From Epithemia pelagica (lineage: Eukaryota > Protista > Bacillariophyta), in NCBI GenBank assembly GCA_946965045.2, contig OX337229.1, positions 2,418,001 through 2,482,000 of the forward strand: 64,000 nucleotides of DNA, given 5' to 3'. Under the pieces are notes generated by a model that had not been told where the DNA came from, ran no database searches, and saw only the letters and a list, made by a program, of their open reading frames with translations. The translations under genes were made by a program, and so were the position numbers. Positions 33,247-43,262 of this stretch are shown piece after piece (the stretch's first letter is position 1; each line of letters begins with the position of its first letter).

Positions 33247-35291
33247 AGAGCAAGAAGATGCATCGACTACATGAGGCTGTTATGGGGATGCTACATAAAT
33301 CTATGTTGAACGTAAGTGTTTTGGCTCTCTGAGGCCACAGACAGAATCCTATTTGATTGATTGACAGAAGACAACCGTTTACTATTTTTACAGTGAGTCA
33401 ATGGCGAGGTTCTGTCTGCCCAGAAGATAAAGGGGCACTGAATGGTAGCGATTTGGAACAGTCAATGAGATGCCTTAAAAGGCACACAACTTGTCATGAT
33501 GGATGGGGGAAAGCCCATGAAAGCAATCCTTAGTATAATGGTGTGGCCTTCCTTCCTTCAACATTTACGCTGTCTTTATTGTTAGTCTATTGAGTAGAGA
33601 ATTGGAACGAGGTTTCTTCAACAATTTGTCGACAAGTGGTCATGTTCCCGCACATTTCCATAATGACCCTACTTGTATCATGAACACAGGCAAAGCACTC
33701 CGAGGAATATTTGTTCGTGTAGAGTGCATATCGAAATCCACATCATTCCAGGTTGTTTGGGGAGAGTCTTGTTTTGAGATGCTTTTGGGGTTTTCGGCTA
33801 CCGTCACTTTTTGGTCTTTGTAGAGGAAAAGAACGACTGCACTCTCTTGATGTTCACAAACATTTCGCCAACTTTGCCATCCCCCACACGATTCCGCAAC
33901 ATTTACCGCAAGACTGCCTTGCAAGCAACTTTCTCCGTCGAACGAAGCCGATGGAGTTTAGCGTATTCCAAACAGAGAAGTGAAACATGATAGGAGTTGT
34001 CGTTTGTCCTTAGTCAAGTCCATCCTCAATCGGCACGAGGCGGGGTCCAAGTCAACCAAGGAATCCTTGTCGTTCAACAGACCCTGATGTAGTTGACGCA
34101 AGATCAAAGGAGATCCTAACGTACCGCCCATACTATGACGTGCACGAATGTCGGGGATTTTGTTTGCAGCAGAGAGAATCGTTGTTGAACAACGGACTGG
34201 CAACGACTTTTGATGATGGTCAGTAAATGGTCCAGTTGCCGCGAACAAAACGCCAATCAACTACACGCAGAAGCACCGACTATGTCGATTGACATGACTA
34301 ACGTTGTACAATTTATCTCGAGTAACCCAAAGCTTTTACATTGAGTGTTCCCACAATGTCACATGCTGCCAAGAATAAACCTATGTTAAGCATATTTGTC
34401 ATGTTAAGTTGACGTGAGGTGATGCTGAGCTTCTTGCACGAAAGGATACGCAAGCATAGGATGAAACTTTACTAAATCCACTTATCACCAACTCAGTACC
34501 TTTAATTCGTACTACCTATTTCGTCGAGTAGTCTTTTAAGAAAGATGGGTCTGTTTCTTTGATCAACCAAAACAGAATCTCGAACAACGAAAACAACAAG
34601 GAGACAAAGGAAGAGCTTCCGTAGTTCACCACGTAATCTGTCAGATCATTATCGAACGGATTCGCCTTGTAAGGTCAACAAGTGCATCATGCGAAAGTGA
34701 TGAATTCGAGAAGAATGACGCGTTCTTACTGTTTCGTCATCGTCCCCCTTGTCTTTGTTGTCTCGCATGGTTCAGAAGTCGCTCAGATTTCAGTCGCAGA
34801 GCAAAGCGACCCAGGTACGGGATCACGACACGACAGACGCACGGCCTGTCACGCCTACACGAGCCGGGAGGAGTCATTCTTTGTCCACTATTTTGGTCAC
34901 ATACAAGAACGCTTGCATTGCCCCATCCGCACTCACAAGATAAATACAAAAATTGTTTCGGGACCAAGACCATAATTTCAAAACGAAGTGTACTGATTAA
35001 AGTAGACCTAACGGCTAGTCTTGTTGGCATCAGTCGAATGAGCAGTGGAGACGCCCTCACATTTTGGCCAATCGAGATGGCTGTGTCTTGTTCACATTTT
35101 GAGACGCTTAAAATCGACAAGATACGATTCCCTTTAGCTTGTAAGGTACTTGTCCATTATCTTCAATCGACATCATCTCGCAACTCTTGAATTTCTTATA
35201 GTTCACACGGTGCAGTTACACCGAAAACAAAAAGCTTCATCTGGTTCAAACAAAGACAAGAAAACGCTCAGCAAGTTCCGATATGTACACC

Positions 35292-36999
35292 ATGAGAAGG
35301 AACAATTATCTCGCCATTTTGCTTTATCTGTGGTGTGGTGTCTCCGTCGACGCGAATGTGGCTTCCTCAGTTGAGAGCGGCCATGACAGGCGACAGAATG
35401 TTGCTCAAGAACCAGATTTGATCAACTCAATCAGCAGCAACATTCACTTGCCACCGAAAGCGTTCGCCAGGAAACTTGCAGATGTGCCGACTCCGCCAAC
35501 CAAAGGCAAAGGCAATTCAAAGGGCAAAGGAGACGCTCCATCAAAAGGAAAAGGTAAAGGCAGAAGCAAGATGAGCAAGGATGGTGGTTCTGGCGATGAT
35601 GACTACGAGAAGGGCAAAGGCAAGAAATCAGGCAGTCTGTCACCCACACGTTCTCCCACTATCTCAAAGGGCGTGACCAAGGGTATGGATATGGGCAAGG
35701 GTAAGGGTAAGGGTAAAGGAAAGGGCGATAGCAGTGGCAAAGGCAAAGGCATGGGAAGTTCAAAGGACGACAAGGGCAAAAAGTCCACGAAGGAGTCGAA
35801 GTCATCCAAAGCCAAGCCTACATCGAAACCCGTACAAGACGTACCCACATTCGCTCCTACGGACCCTGAACCAAGTACATCACCTCCAACCTCAGCACCG
35901 ACAATAAGTAAGTTCGTCGATTCCGGATATCGTTCGCTTCATGACACAAATCTAACCGCAATGTATTTCATACGTTTTAGTCACAAGTCCACCAACAAGC
36001 TCTCCTACTGGCAGTGACTTTGAGACCTTTGAGTATGATCCCTATGAAGTGTTTTACACGGTTGATCAGAGTCGATTCATTCTTCCCAACGAATATATTG
36101 AAATGGCCAATGTGACAACGGTCTATCTCCAAGAGTATTTTACAGAAGAGTTTGAAAATGACACGGACGTGAACTTTCGAAGTGTACTCTCCTTGTTTGT
36201 TGACGATGAGTTTAGCTTTGGTGACCCTGTAGCTGTCGAGTTCAATACCACGTTAGAGTTTGGCCCAGGTCGCATACCGACTGATTCGGAGTTGAACCTC
36301 CTTATTGAAGAGGCCTACACGGGTGACAACGAAGCAGCATACAGGCAGTTTCTCTTCGACAACCTTTTTAGTACAAACGCATTCAAAGAGACAGAGGAGA
36401 CTTCATTCGCTTTCATCGAACCGTCGGAAGAAGACGTAGAAACCCAAGGCACCGAAGATACTACAACACAAACCACTACAACTGTCGAACAATCCAAAGA
36501 GTCGAATACCCTCGTTTATGTGCTGGGCGGTGCCGCTGCCGGTGTGGTGGCCTTTGTTGTCTTTGTATTTGGTATCAATGCCTACGATCGGCGGCAAGAA
36601 GAGGAAGAACGTTTGCGCTCGGGAGAGAAACAGTCAGTGAGCAGTCAAACAGATATGGACACTGCATCTGCTTCGGCTTCCCAATGGGATTCGACAACAT
36701 TGGCGTCGATAAGAGCTTCGAAGATCCGCCAACATTCTTTTGCACCAAGCAGCAACGGCAGTACGAGCGATAACATTCATGGTCATGAAGCTGGAGATGG
36801 GAACTTACATTTCCAACATCTCGCTGCCGCGGATTCATACGAAACATCTCATGGGCCTGAACTAGGGGACGACGACGCCAGCGAAGCCGAATACTTCAAC
36901 GACGAAATAGTCGAAAGTGAAAGATTTTCAGATATTCCTCTTTCCAGAGAAGCTGAGGACCAACTGTCACAGCCCGTTGACCGAGGAGTGTATTCATAA
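35292..36999 (+). CDS. Single-pass membrane protein with signal peptide, RKL motif, Lys/Gly/Ser-rich domain, P/T linker and acidic luminal domain (intron 35908-35980)
   Basis: A GT-AG intron joins ORFs 35283 and 36049 in frame (PTI|ITSPPTSS). TM segment LVYVLGGAAAGVVAFVVFVFGINAY. Confidence 0.82.
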
Positions 37000-37600
37000 C
37001 CATTTGTGATGTGAAGGCCCTTCTTAGACGAATCGGATGATGATGCTCAATGCACTCAAGCATTTGTGGATGAAAGGCTCACTGGAGGTAGAGGGAGGGA
37101 GGGAGGTCTTTCTAATATTATATGTATTGTTTTGTCGCAATGTTTTTCGACAGTCGGCATGATCCCGATTGGCACAAGGAAGAAGGAAACTTGAGAAAGG
37201 AGGACCAGCAAGAAGCTCACACGTACGCAAATCACACAAGCACACAGCACACACGAGAAAAATATGGGGTCTTCTGTTCTTTTCTTATACTTCTATATAG
37301 TTCTTATGTAAAACTAGAAAGTGGATCAATTTATTACGGATGTGCTTTTAGTCAAGACTCTGTAGTTTGACAAACATCCCAACGGTGGTGCTCTCAATAG
37401 AAGCAAGCCTATTAAGCAAAATATCAATTGGTTACTGTTTGGAGAGATATAGCAGGTCGGAACTATCTACTGCCTGAAGACCGGAAACGAATCAAGAAAC
37501 GTGCCTCTGTCCTCTTGTGTATTAACTTCTTGGTCTAAAAGTCTATTTAACACTAACATGCATCATGCTCCACAGTTCATAGAGACCGGCGGCTGGTCCA

Positions 37601-39967
37601 TCATCCATGGGCTGCCGCAATGGATGGTAGGGCGACCGTCAGGGTCAAGGAGTTTGTATTCTTGGGACTAGAAGATGGTGATGAGGTTGTTGACGACGGC
37701 GAGGAGGGAGTTTGGGACAAGGTGGACGACGACGACGACGGCAGCGGCGGTGTTTCGTGTGGTGGTTCCACACATGTGTTGCAACTGTTGTGACTCCGTG
37801 CCGCACTGCGGGATGTCAAGTCGTCGACTGTATTTGACGTTGGAGCACTTTCTGGTGGACATGTAGTAACATCTTCCAACTTTTTAATCGGAGACACCGA
37901 GTGACATGGTCCAGCAGCGCTTTCCACAGCATTGTTCACAAAGGAGGAATCGACAGGATTTTGGTTTGACAGCGATTCGTCCGAAATGGCTCCTTGGCTG
38001 CTCTCCTTGAGTTGGTCTTGCACTTTGGTCGCGATAACATCGCTGTTCCCTTCCCTCGGTCCGTTCGCGTCTCTTTCTATCGCGCTTCTACCGATGCCTT
38101 CTTCCAATGTCATGGGTGCAGATGTTGGTCCTGCTGCCGTATCGTCAACAGGGCTACTTTTTTGGTATTCCTTGTTCTCCTTTTCCAATTTTTCTCTTTT
38201 TGTTTCGACTGGACCAAAAGGTTGGACAGCGCACGGTAATGTTTCGGTGGTATTCGTGGAGTCAGTCTCTTTGTGCGGAAAAGTGGAGGGTTCATTAAGT
38301 GGTTGCGATTGTGTGTGTTCTTGTTGTCGTTGGTCGTGTAAAGCCTTTTCTTTTTCCTCATTCTGAGGATCTTGTTCCTGCTCATTAGTGTTATCGTTAA
38401 CTTCATCTGGAACCGGTTGATGTTGTTGTTCTATTTGTTCTTGATCGTATTGATCAGCCTCCGCTTTTGTCACAACTCCCAATATGGAATGATAGACCAG
38501 CCATCCCGTTGGATACTCCTCGTCCGACAAGAAAGCAGGTGGCAGGGAGGAGGCATCCGACTCATCGTCGTCATTCAAGGCAGCTTCTGTGACAATGGTT
38601 TCAGATACCAACGTCGACTCCTGATTAGAAACCACAAGTTCCAATCGGGGAAGGGGATCCCCTCCTCCCAAAATGGAGGAAGACGATGATGATGAACCAA
38701 ACAAGAAAGAATCCTTCTGGTTGTTCTTGTTGTAGAATCGCCCCATGTCCTGTCGGTCGTCATTATCCTCGTGTTCCATCCCCAATGTGGCAGTCATCCA
38801 ATCATCCTCATCATCGTGCAAATAAAAGGGCGAATTGTCTCGTAGCGTCATCCACATTCTACTGGATTTGATCGTAGTTGCTGGATGCAGTATGAGTCGT
38901 CGCATCCATTCTTGAATGGATTGCAACTGTCCATACAAGGACTGCAACAACTCCATACACCACGTCCATAAAACTTCGTACCAAGGCACTCCAGAGGACG
39001 TGACTTGCCAGGTCAAGCGACGGAAAGGATCTAATGGTTCAGGTAGAACAAAAAACAACAGAAATAACACAAATCACCGGAAAGGGTCGAGAAATCCAAA
39101 CCAGGCAACAGCCAACGCGTCCATCATTGCAGTTAACACCAACACATAATTCAGCAGTGAGTTGTGCGCGAGATGGTCCGCACAGCAACCAGGTGAACCA
39201 AAGCCGACAATGAATGAAATATTGATAAAATAAAGAACAATACCACAATCAAACAATCCCAAAAGACGCATCAAACGACGTTTTCACACAAAGAAACACA
39301 GACCGAGAACCAGAAAAAAGACAATACGAGGAGAGATCATGTCAGAGTGCTGCACACTTGTTTGCCCTCGCACGCACTTGCCAAACACGGTCGTACCTTG
39401 CAAGTGTTGAATCACTACAATTGCAATCAAGGTCCATAGAATCGCCATGGAGGGCCGTGTCCAAAATTCCATCCATTCCCAATACGAGGAGGAGGTTACA
39501 GGTGGAGTAGTCAATGTCGAAGTTGTTTTACGAAACGGTACTTTGGCTCTGGGGGACGAGGACTGTGGTGAAGCGTTCCATGAAGGCATCCCTTCTCTTC
39601 TTTCAGAACCATAGGATGGAAAGGATGAGGCCTCTGGCTCCCAGGTAGGCCAGGAATCTTCTCTTGCGGAGCTGTAGTGTCCATGATGTGAAATAGTTGG
39701 TTCGTAGGGTTGTGGTTGGAGATTGGGAATGGTATTGGGAACGGGTCGTATTGGGTAATCCTCTTGCAAGGGATACCGCAAATCATCCGTCAATTCTGGA
39801 CTTGGTAGTGTCGTAGAAGATTCCGATGCTGTTTGTGAGGATTGTGGAGTCCTTTGTAAAATGGTCTGCGCATCATCCTTGTCCGTAACTCGAGTGGAGA
39901 AAAACTCGTCCGGAGGGAGGTGAATTGCTTCCTCCTGATTGTCGTTGTCGAGAGTATGATGTTCCAT
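37601..39967 (-). CDS. Hypothetical low-complexity protein with hydrophobic segment(s); exon structure between 39050 and 39400 unresolved
   Basis: Two ORFs on the same strand (39284-39967 with ATG, and 37601-39070) with a candidate donor at 39396. They may be one or two genes. Confidence 0.5.
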
Positions 39968-40673
39968 GATGGAAACACAAAACTGAACACAAGGTGTACA
40001 AAAGGTCCCACCGCCAAATTATAAACCGCACCAAATGAGGCGAGCACAGGCAGTTGTGTTTCTTACAACACACCCGTTCTCGTCTTGTTCCTGGAAAAGA
40101 AAGACTGACCGAACTTGTTGCTCTTGTGCTTTTGCCACTCCTTTGAGAACAGATGGGTTTGCAAGTATGGAGTCGGCTTGATGGGTGCTTTTTGAAACTC
40201 CTCTCCTCTTTTCTAACGTTTTGTTTTGTCAGTTGCGATGTGGTCGTCGGTTCAACTCCTTCCACGAAACACAATGATGATGGTGATGATGCGTTGTGTA
40301 CTGCTTTGTTGTGGTTGGTTGGTTGGTGGAGTGGTGGTGCACACACACACATGCAACAGGACTGCCTCAGTACTCTTCAATGTATAGTCAAAATATACCA
40401 TGATCCGAAGATTCTTCCGCCCGTCGGCGTACTGGCACACGCGCATGAAGCATGAATCCCCGCCGAGAAGCCGAGAACCTTCGCATGCATGCGCGTGAAT
40501 GTTTTTGACTACGAAGACTAAAACTAAAAAAGAGTAGGAGTAGGAGTAACTCCCTTCGTGAACGATGGAATTCTGTATCTCTAGGAGTATATTATAATCA
40601 TCTACCATATGCAATGCCAAGCATTGACATGACAAGTAGAGCAGGTGTGGTCCGTTTTCCTCCGTGCTGCTAG

Positions 40674-41522
40674 CTAGTTGCCGTGTTCGTTAAAGGGGAT
40701 TACCATTATAGTGGAAGAGCCACCATGGTTCGTGTTTTGGTTGGGATTGGAGGTCTGCTGTTGGTTGGAAGTCGAAGAAGGAGGGGGAGCGAAAATGGGA
40801 TACGGCTTTTGCTTTTGTTGTTGTTGGTAGGTGGAAGGCGGAGGAGGAAAATTGGGAAACGGTTTTACTTGTTGTTGAAAGGTATATTCCTTCATGGCAA
40901 AGGGATCCTTGGGTTGGTCCGGTGGTCGTGGTAGCACTTCCCTCATTGGCTCGATTGGATCTTGTGGCTGTGGTTGCTGCCACGAGGACTTGGAGGGAAT
41001 GTGCAAGCGCTGTTGTGGAGAAGAGTGCGATTCGGGATGCTCTCCCTGGTACGGTACAATGGGAATTTCGTAGCTTTGGCTCACTTGCACGGACGAGGAT
41101 TCCTGTTGTTCTTGTCGTTGTTGCTGTGAGGATGAAGAAGACGACGACGAAGAAGAAGAAGAAGCAGTACCAGCAGCTCCTGCTGGTGTCTTTAGGGAAT
41201 CACTTGGGCGGTATCCGAGACTTTGCAAAGATCGACGCCGTTGTAATGCTTCTGCTGCTGATACAGGTGACGAGTCGACAGAGGTCCAAACTCGTCCTCC
41301 GCGCAAAAAGGAGGCTTGCTTGGAATGGTCTTGTAGAATTGTGTCATCTCGAGTGATCGATGACGGCAAGTCGAACGACACAGGGGAGAAGGAGGAAAAG
41401 GTCGGTGGAGCTGCTTCCAAGAGAAACAAAACAAGCATGACAACAAGGATGGTGCAACTCAGGGAGATACTCAAGCTCCCACAATGCTGACATGACAAAC
41501 CACAATCACAAAGTCGCATCAT
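40674..41522 (-). CDS. Secreted or membrane-anchored low-complexity protein, TIMVIPF family member 1 (282 aa)
   Basis: N-terminal hydrophobic helix, LRGG, RRRSL, PKDPF and C-terminal TIMVIPF, all shared with ORF 42321-43070. Confidence 0.65.
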   Translation of the reverse strand: MMRLCDCGLSCQHCGSLSISLSCTILVVMLVLFLLEAAPPTFSSFSPVSFDLPSSITRDDTILQDHSKQASFLRGGRVWTSVDSSPVSAAEALQRRRSLQSLGYRPSDSLKTPAGAAGTASSSSSSSSSSSSQQQRQEQQESSSVQVSQSYEIPIVPYQGEHPESHSSPQQRLHIPSKSSWQQPQPQDPIEPMREVLPRPPDQPKDPFAMKEYTFQQQVKPFPNFPPPPSTYQQQQKQKPYPIFAPPPSSTSNQQQTSNPNQNTNHGGSSTIMVIPFNEHGN

Positions 41523-41986
41523 GTAGTCGATGATTGTCGTGACAATGGTTCGGTGCGAGCGACAAAAGAACCAACAATCAAATTTCTTTGTGTCCCTCGT
41601 CTTTGTTGCGACGAACTATGAAGCCGAGTTTAAACGCTTTGGCAACGGCAGCATCATCATCATCATCATTGGTTCAATTGTTTTTCTCTTGCGAGAACAA
41701 GAGGCAGCTGCTGTATCCACCGATGATGGATGATGATCGGTTCTGGCACTGGCATTGTCTAAATATCTTTTGGCGCAAAAGATACCCTCCCTCTAGTTTT
41801 TCCCCCACTCGCGTTAGCCAGAGCGCTGGCCCGCGCGAGAAGCCGGCCTGAGTGCTACTCAAGCTATGTTGGAAATGAATGATTCCTCACAGTCTTAGAG
41901 GGGATCTACTCCTGTAACGAGGGTAGCATGATGGTGCAAGATACGAACAGACGAAGGACTATGAATGTAAAACTGTACTCTCTCCT

Positions 41987-42640
41987 TTGATTATAGAGCG
42001 TCTCAATCAAAGGGAATGACCATGATGGTGTTGTTATTGGTAGGAGTAGGATTGCTGCTCTCCGTTCGGTTGTGACGATTGTGGTGGTGCGTGGAGAGGA
42101 TGTGGTGAGGACGTGGTTGCTGCTGGTGCGGTTTTGACTTGAGAAAGGGATCTTTTGGTTCGAGTGGTGGGGGAGGAAGTGATTGTTGTTGAGCTTGATG
42201 CGAAGGTGTGGTTTTCGAGCCGGGAATGTGCAACGGTGGAGAAGAGACGGAAGATGAGGACGACGATTGTGGCTTGGAATAAGGTGAAGACGGTTTCGTC
42301 ATTGTTGATTATAGAGCGTCTCAATCAAAGGGAATGACCATGATGGTGTCGTTATTGGTAGGAGTAGGATTGCTGCTCTCCGTTCGATTGCTGCTCTGCG
42401 TTCGGTTGTGACGATTGTGGTGGTGCGTGGGGAGGATGTGAGGACGCGGTTGCTGCTGTTGCGGTTTTGACTTGACAAAGGGATCTTTAGGTTCAAGTGG
42501 TGGGGGAGGAAGAAATTGTTGTTGAGCTTGTTGCGAAGGTGTGGTTTTCGAGCCCGGAATGTGCAACGGTGGAGAAGAGACGGAAGATGAGGACGACGAC
42601 TGTGGCTTGGAATAAGGTGAAGACGGTTTCGTTATCGTTG
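41987..42640. repeat. Direct tandem duplication of about 320-335 bp covering the 3' half of the 42321-43070 gene
   Basis: TTGATTATAGAGCGTCTCAATCAAAGGGAATGACC occurs at 41987 and 42305. The copies align with scattered substitutions and small indels. Confidence 0.95.
42003..42302 (-). CDS. 99-aa partial duplicate ORF (TIMVIPF family) starting from an ATG at the duplication junction
   Basis: Near-identical to the C-terminal half of ORF 42321-43070. Expression unknown. Confidence 0.35.
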   Translation of the reverse strand: MTKPSSPYSKPQSSSSSSVSSPPLHIPGSKTTPSHQAQQQSLPPPPLEPKDPFLKSKPHQQQPRPHHILSTHHHNRHNRTESSNPTPTNNNTIMVIPFD

Positions 42641-43070
42641 TTGACGACGATCCAGATCCAGGTCGAAACGAAGCCGAAGATCCAGATCCAGGTCGAGATG
42701 ACGACGACGATCCAGATCGAGACGAAGATCGAGATCCTGACGATGTGCGACCGTGAGGTTTCAAGCGGCGAAGTGTTGCCGATGGATCTTCCGGTGCCAA
42801 AGAATCAATCCGGCTGCCTCCTCCTCGCAACGAGAAATTGGGCTTGAGATTGTGATTCTTGTTTTTCCATGCTAGAAGTGCTTTTGTGATTGTTGCCAAG
42901 AGGCATGATGTGCTCGTTGGTACCTCAAAAATGACAATTATAAGAAGAAGGCTCACAGTCATCAACATGAAAAGCCTTCTTCTTATCCGGTATTCATGGG
43001 TCTGACGCTCATGATGTCGTAAGGAGATATTGTCGTTTTGACAAATGGCCATGGTGAGAGAAGATCTCAT
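42321..43070 (-). CDS. Secreted or membrane-anchored low-complexity protein, TIMVIPF family member 2 (249 aa)
   Basis: Hydrophobic helix, SLRGG, LRRL, Ser-rich tract, PKDPF and C-terminal TIMVIPFD. Confidence 0.65.
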   Translation of the reverse strand: MRSSLTMAICQNDNISLRHHERQTHEYRIRRRLFMLMTVSLLLIIVIFEVPTSTSCLLATITKALLAWKNKNHNLKPNFSLRGGGSRIDSLAPEDPSATLRRLKPHGRTSSGSRSSSRSGSSSSSRPGSGSSASFRPGSGSSSTTITKPSSPYSKPQSSSSSSVSSPPLHIPGSKTTPSQQAQQQFLPPPPLEPKDPFVKSKPQQQQPRPHILPTHHHNRHNRTQSSNRTESSNPTPTNNDTIMVIPFD

Positions 43071-43262
43071 AAAATTGTGTGGTTCAAAGCGTTTTCCGGG
43101 TCACTATTTTCGCTATGGCTATGCCGATAAAAACTAGGAGTGCACAGAGATACTCGCAGACCAAAAATGTTAGGTTTGACAAGAAGTAGGAAAAAGTCCC
43201 TATAAATGAGAAGTTCAAACCAACCATCTGTCGGAGTGCGTGGAATGAAGTCACAGCGAAGT

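Noticed and set aside
33590-34260. Fragmentary ORFs that could be a pseudogene remnant
   Set aside because: They are about 100 aa or shorter, lie on both strands and show no family signature.
39873-40635. ORFs of 100-159 aa between the 39967 gene and the TIMVIPF cluster
   Set aside because: They overlap on both strands, are built partly from simple repeats and have no motifs. Probably UTR or intergenic sequence.
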